A stretch of DNA of 64,000 nucleotides, taken from the IMG/VR virus record IMGVR_UViG_3300013127_000001, one strand, 5' to 3'. The notes beneath the pieces are model-generated. The model was not told the DNA's origin, did not search any database, and saw only the letters and a program-made list of their open reading frames with translations. This document shows, piece by piece, positions 39,142-49,548 of the stretch; position 1 is the stretch's first letter, and each line of letters opens with the position of its first letter. The DNA is from an uncultured virus (IMG/VR IMGVR_UViG_3300013127_000001). Taxonomy: Duplodnaviria; Heunggongvirae; Uroviricota; Caudoviricetes. Made by a program: the position numbers and the translations under genes.

Positions 39142-39900
39142 TTAGTACAAAAACGGATCGTTCACAAACTCACGCACGTCCGCAGGTACTTTTTCTAGTA
39201 AATCTGTCCAATTTGCTACACGATATCGTATTTCACGCCGCTGCACTTTTCTATGATTAGGAATACAGGCAGGACTGAATTCCAGTTCAAGAAATTCAAA
39301 TAGTCTTTCAAGTACGCCGCGAAAATCCAACAGCAACTCATGATACGGTATTATTGCACGGTCAGGACAGTAACGATCGAGTTTCATTGAAACTGCGGAA
39401 TGATTTCTACAGAAATCTGTCAACGCTCTTACGTCTACGTAGATCGCGCTACCTACAAACGGAACATCTAACCCCAATGCTTGTTGTCTCGCAACAAAGC
39501 AGGCTACTGGATTCCTACTTACGTGCACGACGCAAAAATCTCCTCGTCTTGATCTTTGATCCACATAATCCCAAAGATCGTAATCTCGAAACGTGTCGTA
39601 ATTGATTTTTACGCCCACAGCTTTTTCTTCGTTGAGCGTGTTATCAAAAATCTTGTTGTTCAAATACTGCTCTACACTCAGACACTGAGGTACAAAGTGG
39701 TCTTCAAATTTACCGTTGAATCCGAAGTAGTTTGCATGTTCCGCCTTGCGTATTTTTTCATCCGAATGAAGAACATCGCCATGACACACCATATAAGGAT
39801 GCGCGTTAAGTGCGGACTGAAGCAAACCATAACCAGAATGATAATTACCTGCCAAAACAAAGTTTAGTGTTTCGGGATTGTCCTCGTTATACCACGCCAT
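39142..39900 (-). CDS. Sulfotransferase-like protein (Stf0-like; degenerate PAPS loop)
   Basis: AGNYHSGYGLLQSALNAHP, AVGVK, HVSRNP, YHELL...LFEFLEL. Confidence 0.6.
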   Translation of the reverse strand: MAWYNEDNPETLNFVLAGNYHSGYGLLQSALNAHPYMVCHGDVLHSDEKIRKAEHANYFGFNGKFEDHFVPQCLSVEQYLNNKIFDNTLNEEKAVGVKINYDTFRDYDLWDYVDQRSRRGDFCVVHVSRNPVACFVARQQALGLDVPFVGSAIYVDVRALTDFCRNHSAVSMKLDRYCPDRAIIPYHELLLDFRGVLERLFEFLELEFSPACIPNHRKVQRREIRYRVANWTDLLEKVPADVREFVNDPFLY

Positions 39901-39928
39901 GAGGCTTCCTTCCGGGCGGCTTACCCTG

Positions 39929-40735
39929 CTAGCGAACTGTGAAGTTGTAAGATTGCAATACAACCTTCAGATGCTCCATATCTACAGCATTTAAGCCGAC
40001 CGGCACTTTACCGCGTTCTGCGCTTTCTCCTAAGGTAAAGAACTGCTCTTGGGTGAGTTCATTCCCTCCGTGATACATCGCAACCGACAAAAGTGGCCAG
40101 TGCAATCCCTGCACGAAAGCGTTGTGCATGTTATTACAAACAACGGTCTCAAGACCGGCTTGTTTCATTCTGGCTAAGAGCTCATCGTATTCATAAATGT
40201 TCAAGTCTTCGTTGAATTGCCATGGTTGCAATTCTGGACTTAATCTAGGAAACAGCATTGTGCAAGGAATGCCTTGGTCCTTACGCAACAAATGCAGTAG
40301 CGGACGAATTTCACCGCTGTCTGGAGCGTCTGGTATCAGTGCCGCGGAGACATCTACTCGTAACTGATAACGCAGCATACAAGGACCTTGCCGTCGATGT
40401 GCCATCTGGTACATCAAACGATCCCTATGAAAATAGTCGTCATCGTCTAGACAAATGACCCACTCACCGCGAGCTACACGTAAGCCGTGGTTTTTCATTG
40501 CTGCGGAATTTAGCCCAGCAGGTACATGTACCTCAATGACCTGACACCCGACTCCAATCATCTCATCTGTGTTCATTGACTCATTTGTCAGAATTTTTGT
40601 GTCAGTGCCGTTGACGATAACAAGCTCGTACGGAGTGTACTGCTGGTACACAAACTGATTAACGACTTTGCGGGCTAGCGTTTGTCGTCGAGGGTTGGCA
40701 ATAGTCAAAATAGCTGAAACCAATGGTCCACTCAC
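39929..40735 (-). CDS. GT2 glycosyltransferase (start uncertain)
   Basis: PLVSAI, YELVIV, NHGLRVARGEWVICLDDDD. Confidence 0.8.
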   Translation of the reverse strand: MSGPLVSAILTIANPRRQTLARKVVNQFVYQQYTPYELVIVNGTDTKILTNESMNTDEMIGVGCQVIEVHVPAGLNSAAMKNHGLRVARGEWVICLDDDDYFHRDRLMYQMAHRRQGPCMLRYQLRVDVSAALIPDAPDSGEIRPLLHLLRKDQGIPCTMLFPRLSPELQPWQFNEDLNIYEYDELLARMKQAGLETVVCNNMHNAFVQGLHWPLLSVAMYHGGNELTQEQFFTLGESAERGKVPVGLNAVDMEHLKVVLQSYNFTVR

Positions 40736-40825
40736 GAACACGTACCTTTTCAATTAAGTTACAGGAATGTGCAAAATAAATCGCTGATTTGCCTGCGAGA
40801 TTTGTACCCTAAAATGGTGACAAGG

Positions 40826-41164
40826 TCAAGTGAAGTGCGTCACATAAAATCTCCAAATTTGTGCGTAGCAAACACCCCAACTAGCTCGATGCGGTTCAGC
40901 GGCCACTCCGTTGATATCCTGATCAAGCGCATGAGCATATTCGTGCAGTAATGTGTCAATCGCAGACAGCGTGGCAAGCTGCGTATCTACCTCAATTACA
41001 AAGCGAGCAATTGATCCGTCTTTTTTGAGATAAGCAATACAACTGCCACAAAGCTTTTGTTTTTCCAGCCCTTTACAAACAATGCGCAAAGGACACGACA
41101 ATGGAAATTCTCGTCGCAGCTTTCGAGCGATTGTTTGAAACTGTTTACCGTATTGCGGTGCCAT
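40826..41164 (-). CDS. Small HExxH zincin-like protein
   Basis: DTLLHEYAHAL...H; AAGGAGG RBS before ATG 41164. Confidence 0.7.
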   Translation of the reverse strand: MAPQYGKQFQTIARKLRREFPLSCPLRIVCKGLEKQKLCGSCIAYLKKDGSIARFVIEVDTQLATLSAIDTLLHEYAHALDQDINGVAAEPHRASWGVCYAQIWRFYVTHFT

Positions 41165-41189
41165 AGTACCCTCCTTGGTTATGGCGTGT

Positions 41190-42518
41190 TCAACTTCCGA
41201 GAGGTCTCCCGGTGTAACTGTTGATGTTGACCTGCATTCTTGCGATAGGGCCCTCATCGTGATCCCAGACAAAGGCCATAGCGCCTCGCTGTTGCCAGTT
41301 AAACGCTTTAAGCCTGTGCCAGGCATTAGGCGGTGTTAAAGACGGTAAGTACTCTACACTGACGCCTTGTTCTTCCATCATCACTGGACTACCAGAACCT
41401 TTGCGGTGCTGATCGCCCAAGTGCCACTCACGAAAACAAGTCTTAGACCATTGTTCTTTAGCCTCGTGTGCCATCAATCCAGCTAATCGAATTGGCTTTA
41501 CGTGATGTCCGTGATCAAAACCGACCAAGTTCACACCATAATGCCAAAACTTGTAAGGAGACGGATCTACGATTACGTTGACGTTAGCGTTTTGTCTGTA
41601 GTAAGCTCGCAGCACATGACCCAAACTGAAAGCAGAAACTTGATCGTGGTTTCCACTAATTTGAATCACGCGAACAGGAGCGACCTTAGATAACCGTTCT
41701 ACGATGGCAATTCCAAGCTCAATTGCCTTTTCGTATACCGTAAAATACGACACGCCTTCTGGCTGTAGTGTGCCTTTCGTTGTCGTGTGCATCAAATTGT
41801 CGTGGTGCATAAAGTCGTTGCCAAATGGAAAGACAATTTCTTCAAAAGCACCGTAACTAGCTGCACGTGCAAGCAGCCGATCAACAGTCCACATGCAAAG
41901 CTGCGAACATTGATTCAAATCCCAAGCGTGATCGCTTTCACCCTTGAAACAAAGCATTCCTAGGTGAGGATCCATCAAAGAAACCTCAAGAGCTCGACGA
42001 GTTTTAGTCGTACGCCCTTTAAGATACTTAACGCGAACTTGAGTTGGTCCGTGTTTAGACAGCTTGTCTAGCAGTTTTTCAATTGCAATCTTTTCATCTC
42101 GCTTTCGCCGCAAGATGACTTTGATTTGACGCAATCCGGTTTTATAGATGCCACCGTCTGACTTACCGCCAGCTTGTTCCCAAACATTGGTGATAACTCG
42201 CTCGACCTCAAAAAGCGCGAGGTCAATTCCGGATTTTAAGATCAACTCTTCGTAAGTGTGGATCTGCTCACCGAGATACTCAATCTCGGTGACAGAACCT
42301 TTTTCTTGAATGTTAACCTTCTCCTTAGCTGCAACTACTTTTTCTTGTCCCAAATCTTTTCGCAATTTGGTAAGTAGTCCAGCAGTGTTTAACCGATGCC
42401 AAATACAGGATCGGGAGACTTTTAACTTCTCTGCGACTTTCGCTAGGTTTCCTCGGTTAACTAGCGCTAAAGAATACAACTCCTGTTCTGCTGGAAAATC
42501 AGCTCGCGACTTAGCCAT
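41190..42518 (-). CDS. Calcineurin-like metallophosphoesterase with N-terminal HTH
   Basis: GNLAKVAEKLKVSRS HTH; DPHLG, GNDFMH, GNHD, HGH, GDQH. Confidence 0.8.
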   Translation of the reverse strand: MAKSRADFPAEQELYSLALVNRGNLAKVAEKLKVSRSCIWHRLNTAGLLTKLRKDLGQEKVVAAKEKVNIQEKGSVTEIEYLGEQIHTYEELILKSGIDLALFEVERVITNVWEQAGGKSDGGIYKTGLRQIKVILRRKRDEKIAIEKLLDKLSKHGPTQVRVKYLKGRTTKTRRALEVSLMDPHLGMLCFKGESDHAWDLNQCSQLCMWTVDRLLARAASYGAFEEIVFPFGNDFMHHDNLMHTTTKGTLQPEGVSYFTVYEKAIELGIAIVERLSKVAPVRVIQISGNHDQVSAFSLGHVLRAYYRQNANVNVIVDPSPYKFWHYGVNLVGFDHGHHVKPIRLAGLMAHEAKEQWSKTCFREWHLGDQHRKGSGSPVMMEEQGVSVEYLPSLTPPNAWHRLKAFNWQQRGAMAFVWDHDEGPIARMQVNINSYTGRPLGS

Positions 42519-42566
42519 CGTTTATCCTCCATGACTTGGTAATGCTGCATCATGCAACTCGCCTTT

Positions 42567-43604
42567 TCATTCGTAGATCCAATGCTTGGTTTTTTGCGCC
42601 CAAGTCAAAATGCGTTCCAACGTTTCATCAAACGAGAACGGAGGTACGAATCCTGTAGCCTTGAGCCTTGTATCAACCAGCGCATAACGCCGATCGTAAC
42701 CAGGCCGAACCTGTTGACCAAGGACGAGATGTTTCAACAGCGGTCTATCCAACTTGTCAGATACAAGTTGTGCAAGTTCCTGAACGCTAAGTTCCTTTTC
42801 TCCAATGATGTGGAACCGTTCAGGTCGACTTTGTGCCTCACGGCACATTGTTGGTGTAACTTGTTCGCAGATGTGAACCAACGCAGCAGCCATATTCTTT
42901 GCGTCAAGCCAGACGCGGCGAGAAGTTGTTTTACCGTCTGGCTCAGCAAACAAAGTCATAGGCTCTCCACAGCTGATCCGTTTAATTGCAAGTGGCAGGA
43001 ACTTTTCAGGATCTTGCCATTCGCCAATGACGTTCATGGTGTTAGTGATAACCACAGGTACGTCGTAAGTCCGCCAGTAAGAAATCGCAAGTGCTTCCTG
43101 CGCGGCCTTACTGGCAGAGTATGGATTACTTGGAATAATTGTATCCCATTCATGGTGTCCAGGACTATCCCAACCTGCATCTCCGTAGATTTCATCTGTA
43201 GATACTTGAATAAACATACCTGTTGGATTGTTCCGTGCCAGCTCTAGCATATTAAAAATCAAAGAACAATTGTTGTGCCAGCACGCTCCAGGGTCGTGTA
43301 CACTTTTGGTTACAGCGCTGTCACTGGCCATACTGATAATGACATCAATTGGTTTCTCAAACAACTGACGCCGAATCGGCTCAGTAAACGGGTGCGTCAA
43401 ATCCCAAACATGCGTTTTCAGCCTGGCAATTTGATCTTGAGTCAAATCAGACAGCGCTGCCTGAAGTCGGGCTCCACTGCTTTTTAGATGCGGTTTCCAG
43501 CTCTCAATGCCCACAACCTTCCAGTCGGTATGCTTGAGAATCCAGTTCAACGTATGCGCGCCGATGAAACCGCCGATACCTGTCAACAAAATTCGCTTGC
43601 TCAT
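42567..43604 (-). CDS. rmlB: dTDP-glucose 4,6-dehydratase-like NAD-dependent epimerase/dehydratase
   Basis: LLTGIGGFIG, VSTDEIYG, PSNPYSASKA, QDPEKFLP, RPGYDRRY. Confidence 0.85.
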   Translation of the reverse strand: MSKRILLTGIGGFIGAHTLNWILKHTDWKVVGIESWKPHLKSSGARLQAALSDLTQDQIARLKTHVWDLTHPFTEPIRRQLFEKPIDVIISMASDSAVTKSVHDPGACWHNNCSLIFNMLELARNNPTGMFIQVSTDEIYGDAGWDSPGHHEWDTIIPSNPYSASKAAQEALAISYWRTYDVPVVITNTMNVIGEWQDPEKFLPLAIKRISCGEPMTLFAEPDGKTTSRRVWLDAKNMAAALVHICEQVTPTMCREAQSRPERFHIIGEKELSVQELAQLVSDKLDRPLLKHLVLGQQVRPGYDRRYALVDTRLKATGFVPPFSFDETLERILTWAQKTKHWIYE

Positions 43605-43647
43605 AAGCTTCCTTTCTGTAATGAAAAACACCCTAAATTCATTACAA

Positions 43648-44829
43648 CTACAGAGGAATTTCTGTAGCTGCACTGTAAGCAGAACTTTCTAAACAACGCT
43701 CAAGAATCTCGCGTAAGTCTTTAGTCCAATTCGCGTAAATTTTCTCCAACGGGTACATCGCATCTAGGACACATTGTCTTCCAAGATTTACCCGCTGCTG
43801 CATTTCATCCAAGTGCTGGTAAATGTAACTTAACTGATCTGGCAAATACTCGTACATCAAATCACACCATACCATGAACTGTTTTTTGGGATCATAGATG
43901 TCAGGGTACACAAGCACGTTAGAGCATTCAGGTTTGATAACCACGCAACCACAAGCTAATGCCTCGAAGTCGCGAATACACCAAGGTGACCAACCCCAAG
44001 GACTGATTACAACCTTGCTCTCAAGCAAATGATCGACGTATTCGTACGGATACTGTAACCGCCGAATTGTTCTGTTGTTCTTTAAGTCGCCTTCGTAGTT
44101 GTCGTAATCCAGGTAGTACTTATTGTTTGCAGGCAATATATCCCACATTGAAGCTAAGTGCTGACGCATTGCCGTTGGACAGCACAAATCATTACGCCAG
44201 CCGTAACGACTCCGTCCGGCAAAAGAAAGATCAATTGAGCGAGCTTTCAATGGCTTAATTTTTTGATCAATGTAGCGATAGACATCATCAGGAAACGGCT
44301 CAACTGTAGGTCTATTTAACGGTAAAAGCTTGGCTTGCACTTGAGGTAACAGTTGCGGCCTTTCAGTGCGTACGTCTGGACCTGCATCGTATAGCTCTCT
44401 ATTTTTGTAAGCGTAAGCATGGTAATCGCTACCCCAGCCGCGCCGTTGTTGTACCTTTTCGTCACGATAAACCACACCTGTCATGTAAAACCTAACTTGC
44501 GGATGTTCCAGAACTCGACGCACTATTGGATCAAAATGCGCATAATCTTCTGAACTATCGCAAATTATTGGAGTGTCTTGGCAATCCAGAAGTCCACGAT
44601 AAGAGGTGTTTGTTATAAGCCAAGAGATATCATCACGCTGATGTTTCATTTCGCGATCAGGTATATGACCAACCGGAATAATCATTACGTCACAAGGTTG
44701 AGACGAATCATCTTGTACAGTGATCCGATGATGTTCGAGATATGGATTATTTTTTGACCATAAGTAATTCGTACGAAGCCATCGCGTTGATCGGTAAACC
44801 TTAAAACGATTAACGTATAAGCGTTCCAT
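43648..44829 (-). CDS. GT-B-like glycosyltransferase-related protein
   Basis: C-terminal YVDHLLESKVVISPWG...CIRDFEALACGCVVIKP. Confidence 0.65.
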   Translation of the reverse strand: MERLYVNRFKVYRSTRWLRTNYLWSKNNPYLEHHRITVQDDSSQPCDVMIIPVGHIPDREMKHQRDDISWLITNTSYRGLLDCQDTPIICDSSEDYAHFDPIVRRVLEHPQVRFYMTGVVYRDEKVQQRRGWGSDYHAYAYKNRELYDAGPDVRTERPQLLPQVQAKLLPLNRPTVEPFPDDVYRYIDQKIKPLKARSIDLSFAGRSRYGWRNDLCCPTAMRQHLASMWDILPANNKYYLDYDNYEGDLKNNRTIRRLQYPYEYVDHLLESKVVISPWGWSPWCIRDFEALACGCVVIKPECSNVLVYPDIYDPKKQFMVWCDLMYEYLPDQLSYIYQHLDEMQQRVNLGRQCVLDAMYPLEKIYANWTKDLREILERCLESSAYSAATEIPL

Positions 44830-45509
44830 TAAAAGTACCAATCTGAATTGACGTAATGAGGCTGTTGACCTCGAGGATTCCATGACCAATACAGATAACG
44901 TAAATCATGCAAGAACTCTTGCATCTTCTTTCTAGAATGTTCAGGCAAGTTTTGTAACCTGATGCTTTGCAAGCAATTAGAAGCGTTGACGTAAGGTAAA
45001 CAAAACGGAACTACTGCTGCCGAGTCTTCAGTAAAGAACTCAATCAATGTTTTGTTGCCGCTTTCTACTCGATAAAACCTCATGTCTTGTCGTTTTGTTT
45101 TTGCCATGTGCAACCAACTGACAACAAACTCGACAATTGCTTGTGCAGGTTTTCCCTTGTAGTTTTTTTGGAAACCAACCAAGTGTTTACAAGCCATATC
45201 TAGCTGTACTGTTTTTCGCTCGCTATGAAACAAGCCGTGAAAGTACAAACTGTTGAGCACTCGCATTGGATCTCGCACTAGAAACGTAACGGTAGCTTGT
45301 TTGAGTGCAGGATGATCTAAAAAAGGAACAACCGCTGACGAAATCTCATACTGTTTAGCCTGGGCCCATCGAGATTCGATACTGTCGTAGGTTGTAGTAG
45401 CATCAAAAGAATAACCAACCTCATAACCACTGCGCTGCAACAATTGACCGATGTAACCGAGCCCGCCTCTCGGCCAGCCCGCAATTAAGTGACGACCGTT
45501 GGTTGACAT
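44829..45509 (-). CDS. Sulfotransferase-like protein
   Basis: IAGWPRGGLGYI (PAPS-loop-like), LVRDPMRVLNS, YRVE. Confidence 0.55.
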   Translation of the reverse strand: MSTNGRHLIAGWPRGGLGYIGQLLQRSGYEVGYSFDATTTYDSIESRWAQAKQYEISSAVVPFLDHPALKQATVTFLVRDPMRVLNSLYFHGLFHSERKTVQLDMACKHLVGFQKNYKGKPAQAIVEFVVSWLHMAKTKRQDMRFYRVESGNKTLIEFFTEDSAAVVPFCLPYVNASNCLQSIRLQNLPEHSRKKMQEFLHDLRYLYWSWNPRGQQPHYVNSDWYF

Positions 45510-45967
45510 GGTAAATCCCTAAGCAAATCCCAAATTTTTCGCATCAACTGTAACTCACTGTCTTGTAGCTCAAGGCACTGAGGTGTTGAAACTAATCTGT
45601 TTTCAAGTTCCGTAAGATACTTGTGCACGCCTTGTGAGTCTTCTTTATTTCGCAACGGCGTCACATACTTCCAACGAAAAGCTTCTTCACCATGCTCCAC
45701 CGCCACAAAGTCTGGAGAATCAGGGTGTAGACAACGAAGCATAAATTCATCTTCGTCCCATTCGCAAATATTGAAGGCAACAATAACCGTTGGTAAGCCT
45801 AATTTTCGGTATGAGCGACGAAACCAACCTTGATCTTTGTGGTACATTCGCCGAATAGCGTAAAACCGAACGCGACCTTTGTGCAATTCAATGCAAAATT
45901 GTCCGGTTTCTCGCAGCTCCGGACTACCTACGAATACATGTTTCAACCAACTAAAAAAAGAGGTCAT
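45485..45967 (-). CDS. Hypothetical protein
   Basis: 160 aa, overlaps both neighbours. Confidence 0.6.
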   Translation of the reverse strand: MTSFFSWLKHVFVGSPELRETGQFCIELHKGRVRFYAIRRMYHKDQGWFRRSYRKLGLPTVIVAFNICEWDEDEFMLRCLHPDSPDFVAVEHGEEAFRWKYVTPLRNKEDSQGVHKYLTELENRLVSTPQCLELQDSELQLMRKIWDLLRDLPCQPTVVT

Positions 45968-46550
45968 GTTTAGGTACGTCCTTTAGTAACGGTGCTGCTT
46001 TATCCTTCTCAGAAATGATTCGCCGCTTGCTGGTCCAATTCGACGTTCTCCAAAAAATACCAACGTTCGGATCTTCTGGATTGAAGCTGCGTTCAGACTT
46101 AGGGCAATAAGGTTTGTTCTGCATGTAAACTACATGCGCTTGATGTGTCAGTACACCAAAACCGTGAGCAAACCCAGAAGGAACATACAACGATGCTCTA
46201 TAGTTCTCCCGCTCCCAGCCATGAGCATCACCCTCAAAAACACCATCAGACAAAACGTACTTATGCCAACGGCCGAACGTTTTACTGTCTAAGCGTAAAT
46301 CTACCACAACGTCCTCAATACGCCCAAGCACTACTGTGACATACTTGTAGATGTCTGCTGGTGGAATCTGCCAGTGCATGCCGCGAATAGTACCGACAAC
46401 GGAGTAACTGTGGTTTACTTGAGCCACAGGCCATTTGTGTTTAGGCGCAGAGTACATTTCTTGAAACGTACCGCGTTCGTCGAAAAACAGCCGGTTAACG
46501 ATTAGCTCAGGAACCTCACTAACAGAGTCATCAAACAAAGAATCGCTCAC
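45951..46550 (-). CDS. rmlC: dTDP-4-dehydrorhamnose 3,5-epimerase
   Basis: DERGTFQE, QVNHSYS..GTIRGMH, VVVDLR..SKTFG, YVPSGFAHGF, SEKD. Confidence 0.9.
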   Translation of the reverse strand: MSDSLFDDSVSEVPELIVNRLFFDERGTFQEMYSAPKHKWPVAQVNHSYSVVGTIRGMHWQIPPADIYKYVTVVLGRIEDVVVDLRLDSKTFGRWHKYVLSDGVFEGDAHGWERENYRASLYVPSGFAHGFGVLTHQAHVVYMQNKPYCPKSERSFNPEDPNVGIFWRTSNWTSKRRIISEKDKAAPLLKDVPKHDLFF

Positions 46551-47341
46551 TGGTTTGCTCCTTGATTGATTACTTGTGTTGCTGCGGAATGCAGACTTTC
46601 AAATGTACCAGCGTCTGACCACCAACAAGGTATCATTTGTGCTACCAATCTGGCCTGCTCTGAGTATCGCTGATTAACGTCTGTAATTTCTAACTCGCCG
46701 CGGGCTGACGGTTTAAGCGACCTGACGTAGTCAAAGACTTCTGGCGTATAAAAATAAGTGCCAGTTACGATTGCCGGAGTCAGCCCCTTTTCAACAAAGT
46801 TTTGCAACTGCTCATCCTTTGGCTTTTCGATGATCTCATAAGGAACAAACCAGTCTAACGACTGGTCACCCTTACGTCGCCGAAAAGCTACGCCAAACCG
46901 CTTACAATCTTCAAGAGACGAAACGTCAACGGTCAACACCATTGCACCAAAACCATTGTTTCTGACTGTTTCAAACTTCTTAAGGTAAGGACCAATGTGC
47001 TTTCCATAGATGTTATCGCCAAGCATGACACAGAAGTTGTCATCTTCTACAAAGTCTTGAGCCAGCCTGAGCGCGTCAGCAATACCGCCTTCGCCTTCCT
47101 GATATGCGTAAGCTAGTCGCTTCAAACCAAACTCTTTGCCGTTGTGCAGCAAATTCAAAAAGTGGCCTGCGTAATTGCCGCCTGTTACGATCAAGACCTC
47201 GTCAATACCTGCTTTGACCATGTTCTCAATAGGATAGTAGATCATAGGCCGATCCCATACCGGCAACAAATGCTTGTTAGTCACGCGTGTCAGCGGCGAC
47301 AACCGCGTTCCCAAACCGCCTGCAAGAATAACACCACGCAT
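46547..47341 (-). CDS. rmlA: Glucose-1-phosphate thymidylyltransferase
   Basis: GVILAGGLGTRLSPLT..TNKHLLPV, LGDN, EKP, SARGELEITDVN, WSDAGT. Confidence 0.9.
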   Translation of the reverse strand: MRGVILAGGLGTRLSPLTRVTNKHLLPVWDRPMIYYPIENMVKAGIDEVLIVTGGNYAGHFLNLLHNGKEFGLKRLAYAYQEGEGGIADALRLAQDFVEDDNFCVMLGDNIYGKHIGPYLKKFETVRNNGFGAMVLTVDVSSLEDCKRFGVAFRRRKGDQSLDWFVPYEIIEKPKDEQLQNFVEKGLTPAIVTGTYFYTPEVFDYVRSLKPSARGELEITDVNQRYSEQARLVAQMIPCWWSDAGTFESLHSAATQVINQGANQ

Positions 47342-47373
47342 AATTTTTCCTTCAAAGTGGTTGGTGTAGCAAA

Positions 47374-47398
47374 GCAGCGGGACGAAGTGTCCCGCTGC
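47374..47398 (-). terminator. GC-rich hairpin, probable terminator
   Basis: GCAGCGGGAC-5nt-GTCCCGCTGC then TTT on the minus strand. Confidence 0.6.
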
Positions 47399-47432
47399 AA
47401 GGTTCAATTCCGGATTTTACGACCGCAAGCAA

Positions 47433-47954
47433 TTAGCGATAATGCGCGGACCAGTAAAATCGGCCGTCATTGCCCTGAACTACTGCTCGAGCAATAAGAC
47501 GGCTTTCAGATACATTGCTGTAGCAATGATTAGGTTGTTCGGCACTAAAAGACGTACCTGTGCCTGCATACGAACAACCCGGTGCAACTCCAAGTGGATG
47601 GCCAGAGGCACGACGAGAAGCAAGAATCTGCGCCTCTCGCAAAGCATGCTCGTAAGCACGCTGGTCTCTGTTGACAATCCGACTGCTGATTCCGCTCACT
47701 ACGTTGTGAACGACATTACCAACAGCCTGCACTACGTTCTGGACAGGCCGTGCGTTTTGGACGTACGCACTGCTAACCGGAACACCGTTGACTGCAATAA
47801 GCACCTCTCCTGGTGCTAAGTTGAAGTCACTGGCATTGTAGCCCTGAACAACTACTCTGCTGGTCGTGCAAACTCTATTTACGCACTGTTGTCCGTAACT
47901 GAAAGTAGCACTACCAAAAACCAAAGCCAAGAAACACAAAAATTGTCGCATCAT
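47433..47954 (-). CDS. Signal-peptide-bearing secreted hypothetical protein
   Basis: MRQFLCFLALVFGSATFSYG signal; GGAGG RBS. Confidence 0.7.
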   Translation of the reverse strand: MMRQFLCFLALVFGSATFSYGQQCVNRVCTTSRVVVQGYNASDFNLAPGEVLIAVNGVPVSSAYVQNARPVQNVVQAVGNVVHNVVSGISSRIVNRDQRAYEHALREAQILASRRASGHPLGVAPGCSYAGTGTSFSAEQPNHCYSNVSESRLIARAVVQGNDGRFYWSAHYR

Positions 47955-47974
47955 TACCTCCTATGCAACATCTC

Positions 47975-48265
47975 CTAAAAAAACGGTCCATAGTCGTCCT
48001 GAACATAGACCGGAGTACCAGGACCGCAGTAAGCACCTCGAATGTTAAACTCGAAATGCTCAGATGCGTCGTCCCACGTTAAACCGTCGTTGACCAAGCC
48101 TTGCAAAATCATTTTAGTGCTATAAGCAACGACAACCCTTCCTTCACCTACTTCTACCAACCCTAAAATAGCATCATCGTGTCCGTCAGCAAGTAGGACT
48201 TCTTCCAACTCCTGCATCTCGACTTGTTCAATGATCGCTGCGCGTTTGGGATGAATCTTTGTCAT
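47975..48265 (-). CDS. Small phage hypothetical protein
   Basis: LADGHDDAILG...EHFEFNIRGAYCGPGTP, a pattern I recall from small phage proteins. Confidence 0.7.
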   Translation of the reverse strand: MTKIHPKRAAIIEQVEMQELEEVLLADGHDDAILGLVEVGEGRVVVAYSTKMILQGLVNDGLTWDDASEHFEFNIRGAYCGPGTPVYVQDDYGPFF

Positions 48266-48268
48266 GGT

Positions 48269-48403
48269 TTACTCCCAAAAAACCCAAGTCAAAACAGCTA
48301 ACGAAACCACCATTAGCGTTGCGCCAATGATACAAAACAGTAATTCCATACCCGGCACAGGCACCCAGTTACCGTCATCTTCATCAGGCCATTGTTCAGT
48401 CAT
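48269..48403 (-). CDS. Small membrane protein
   Basis: ATGA overlap with upstream stop; single TM. Confidence 0.55.
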   Translation of the reverse strand: MTEQWPDEDDGNWVPVPGMELLFCIIGATLMVVSLAVLTWVFWE

Positions 48404-48969
48404 GCTTTTCCTTTCAAAGCGCGTACTCGTCGACGAACAGAAGGTTTTTTGGGCGGTGTTTTTGTTTTCTTTTGCTGTAAGTGTTTTTTTGCTGCGATGA
48501 CAGGACAATATTCAGCGTGCTGTATGTCCAACGAAGAAGTAAGCTGTACGCCATTTGACCATTTCATTGCAATAGATGCACCACAAACAGGACACACAAT
48601 GGCACCAGGTCCGTTGTCGTCATGCAGTTCAAGCATGTTTGTATCTGCAAGAATCTCAATCGTAGTGTCGCTAAACACATTGGCTGGCTTGACTGTCTCT
48701 TTCTCTTCAAACTTTTTCTTAAGTTCAGTTGTTTCTGCTTTTTGCATTTCATTTACAGCCACTTTTAACGCTTCGTACTGCGTCCATGTAATATCTACCT
48801 TGTGCGTCTCGTTGGAGTTTTGGATTTCAAGACTGAAACCTTCGCCGCTCCACCAAGTTTGTGCCATCAAATAAGACTTACCTAAGTGATCGTCCAGCTC
48901 AGCGTAAACTGAGTGTGTAGTCTGTACTGAAGGTTTTTTAATCAACCCAAACGGTAACTCTTCATCCAT
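48400..48969 (-). CDS. Hypothetical protein with CxxC...HxxxC putative Zn site
   Basis: CPVC...HAEYC; basic C-terminus. Confidence 0.6.
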   Translation of the reverse strand: MDEELPFGLIKKPSVQTTHSVYAELDDHLGKSYLMAQTWWSGEGFSLEIQNSNETHKVDITWTQYEALKVAVNEMQKAETTELKKKFEEKETVKPANVFSDTTIEILADTNMLELHDDNGPGAIVCPVCGASIAMKWSNGVQLTSSLDIQHAEYCPVIAAKKHLQQKKTKTPPKKPSVRRRVRALKGKA

Positions 48970-49004
48970 TGTAACTTCTTTCTTGCAGTGTAACTTTGCG
49001 ACTG

Positions 49005-49475
49005 TTACTGTGCCATTCGCTTGATAACACGTGGGCGTCTTCGCTGCGTAGATGAAAACGGATCGACAGGAATTTTCTTTTCTGTCTCTCGCTGCTTTTC
49101 TTCTAATTGCTCAATTTGTTCTGTCAAAATGGAGATTTGTTGCCGCATACTCATCAGCTGCGACAACACTTCGCCGATATTTCGCAACAACAAATGCTGA
49201 GCCTGACTAATCGTTTCTTGTTTGTTGCTTATCATCAGCACATATTTACCAAGCTGCGTTACCTCCGATCGCAAATCGCCTACAGATTGCCTTTGATAAC
49301 AATCTAACTCTTCGGATGGTAACCACATTGCTGCTTGCGCAGCTTTAGTTGCTTCATAAGGCGAAGGATAAAGTTTAGGGTTTTGAGCCATCATGTGCTC
49401 AATAAAGCCACTTGGAATTTTTTTGCCAAGTTCTCCCGGTTCGCCTTGAACCCCTTTGTCTCCAGACCAGCTCAT
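49005..49475 (-). CDS. Coiled-coil hypothetical protein
   Basis: ATG 49475 with GGGGTG RBS. Confidence 0.55.
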   Translation of the reverse strand: MSWSGDKGVQGEPGELGKKIPSGFIEHMMAQNPKLYPSPYEATKAAQAAMWLPSEELDCYQRQSVGDLRSEVTQLGKYVLMISNKQETISQAQHLLLRNIGEVLSQLMSMRQQISILTEQIEQLEEKQRETEKKIPVDPFSSTQRRRPRVIKRMAQ

Positions 49476-49548
49476 ATTTTCACCCCAAGTACATCCCATG
49501 TAACCGCTCACGCAGAAGCAATATAGCGTGTCCCCCAAAAGAAGACAA

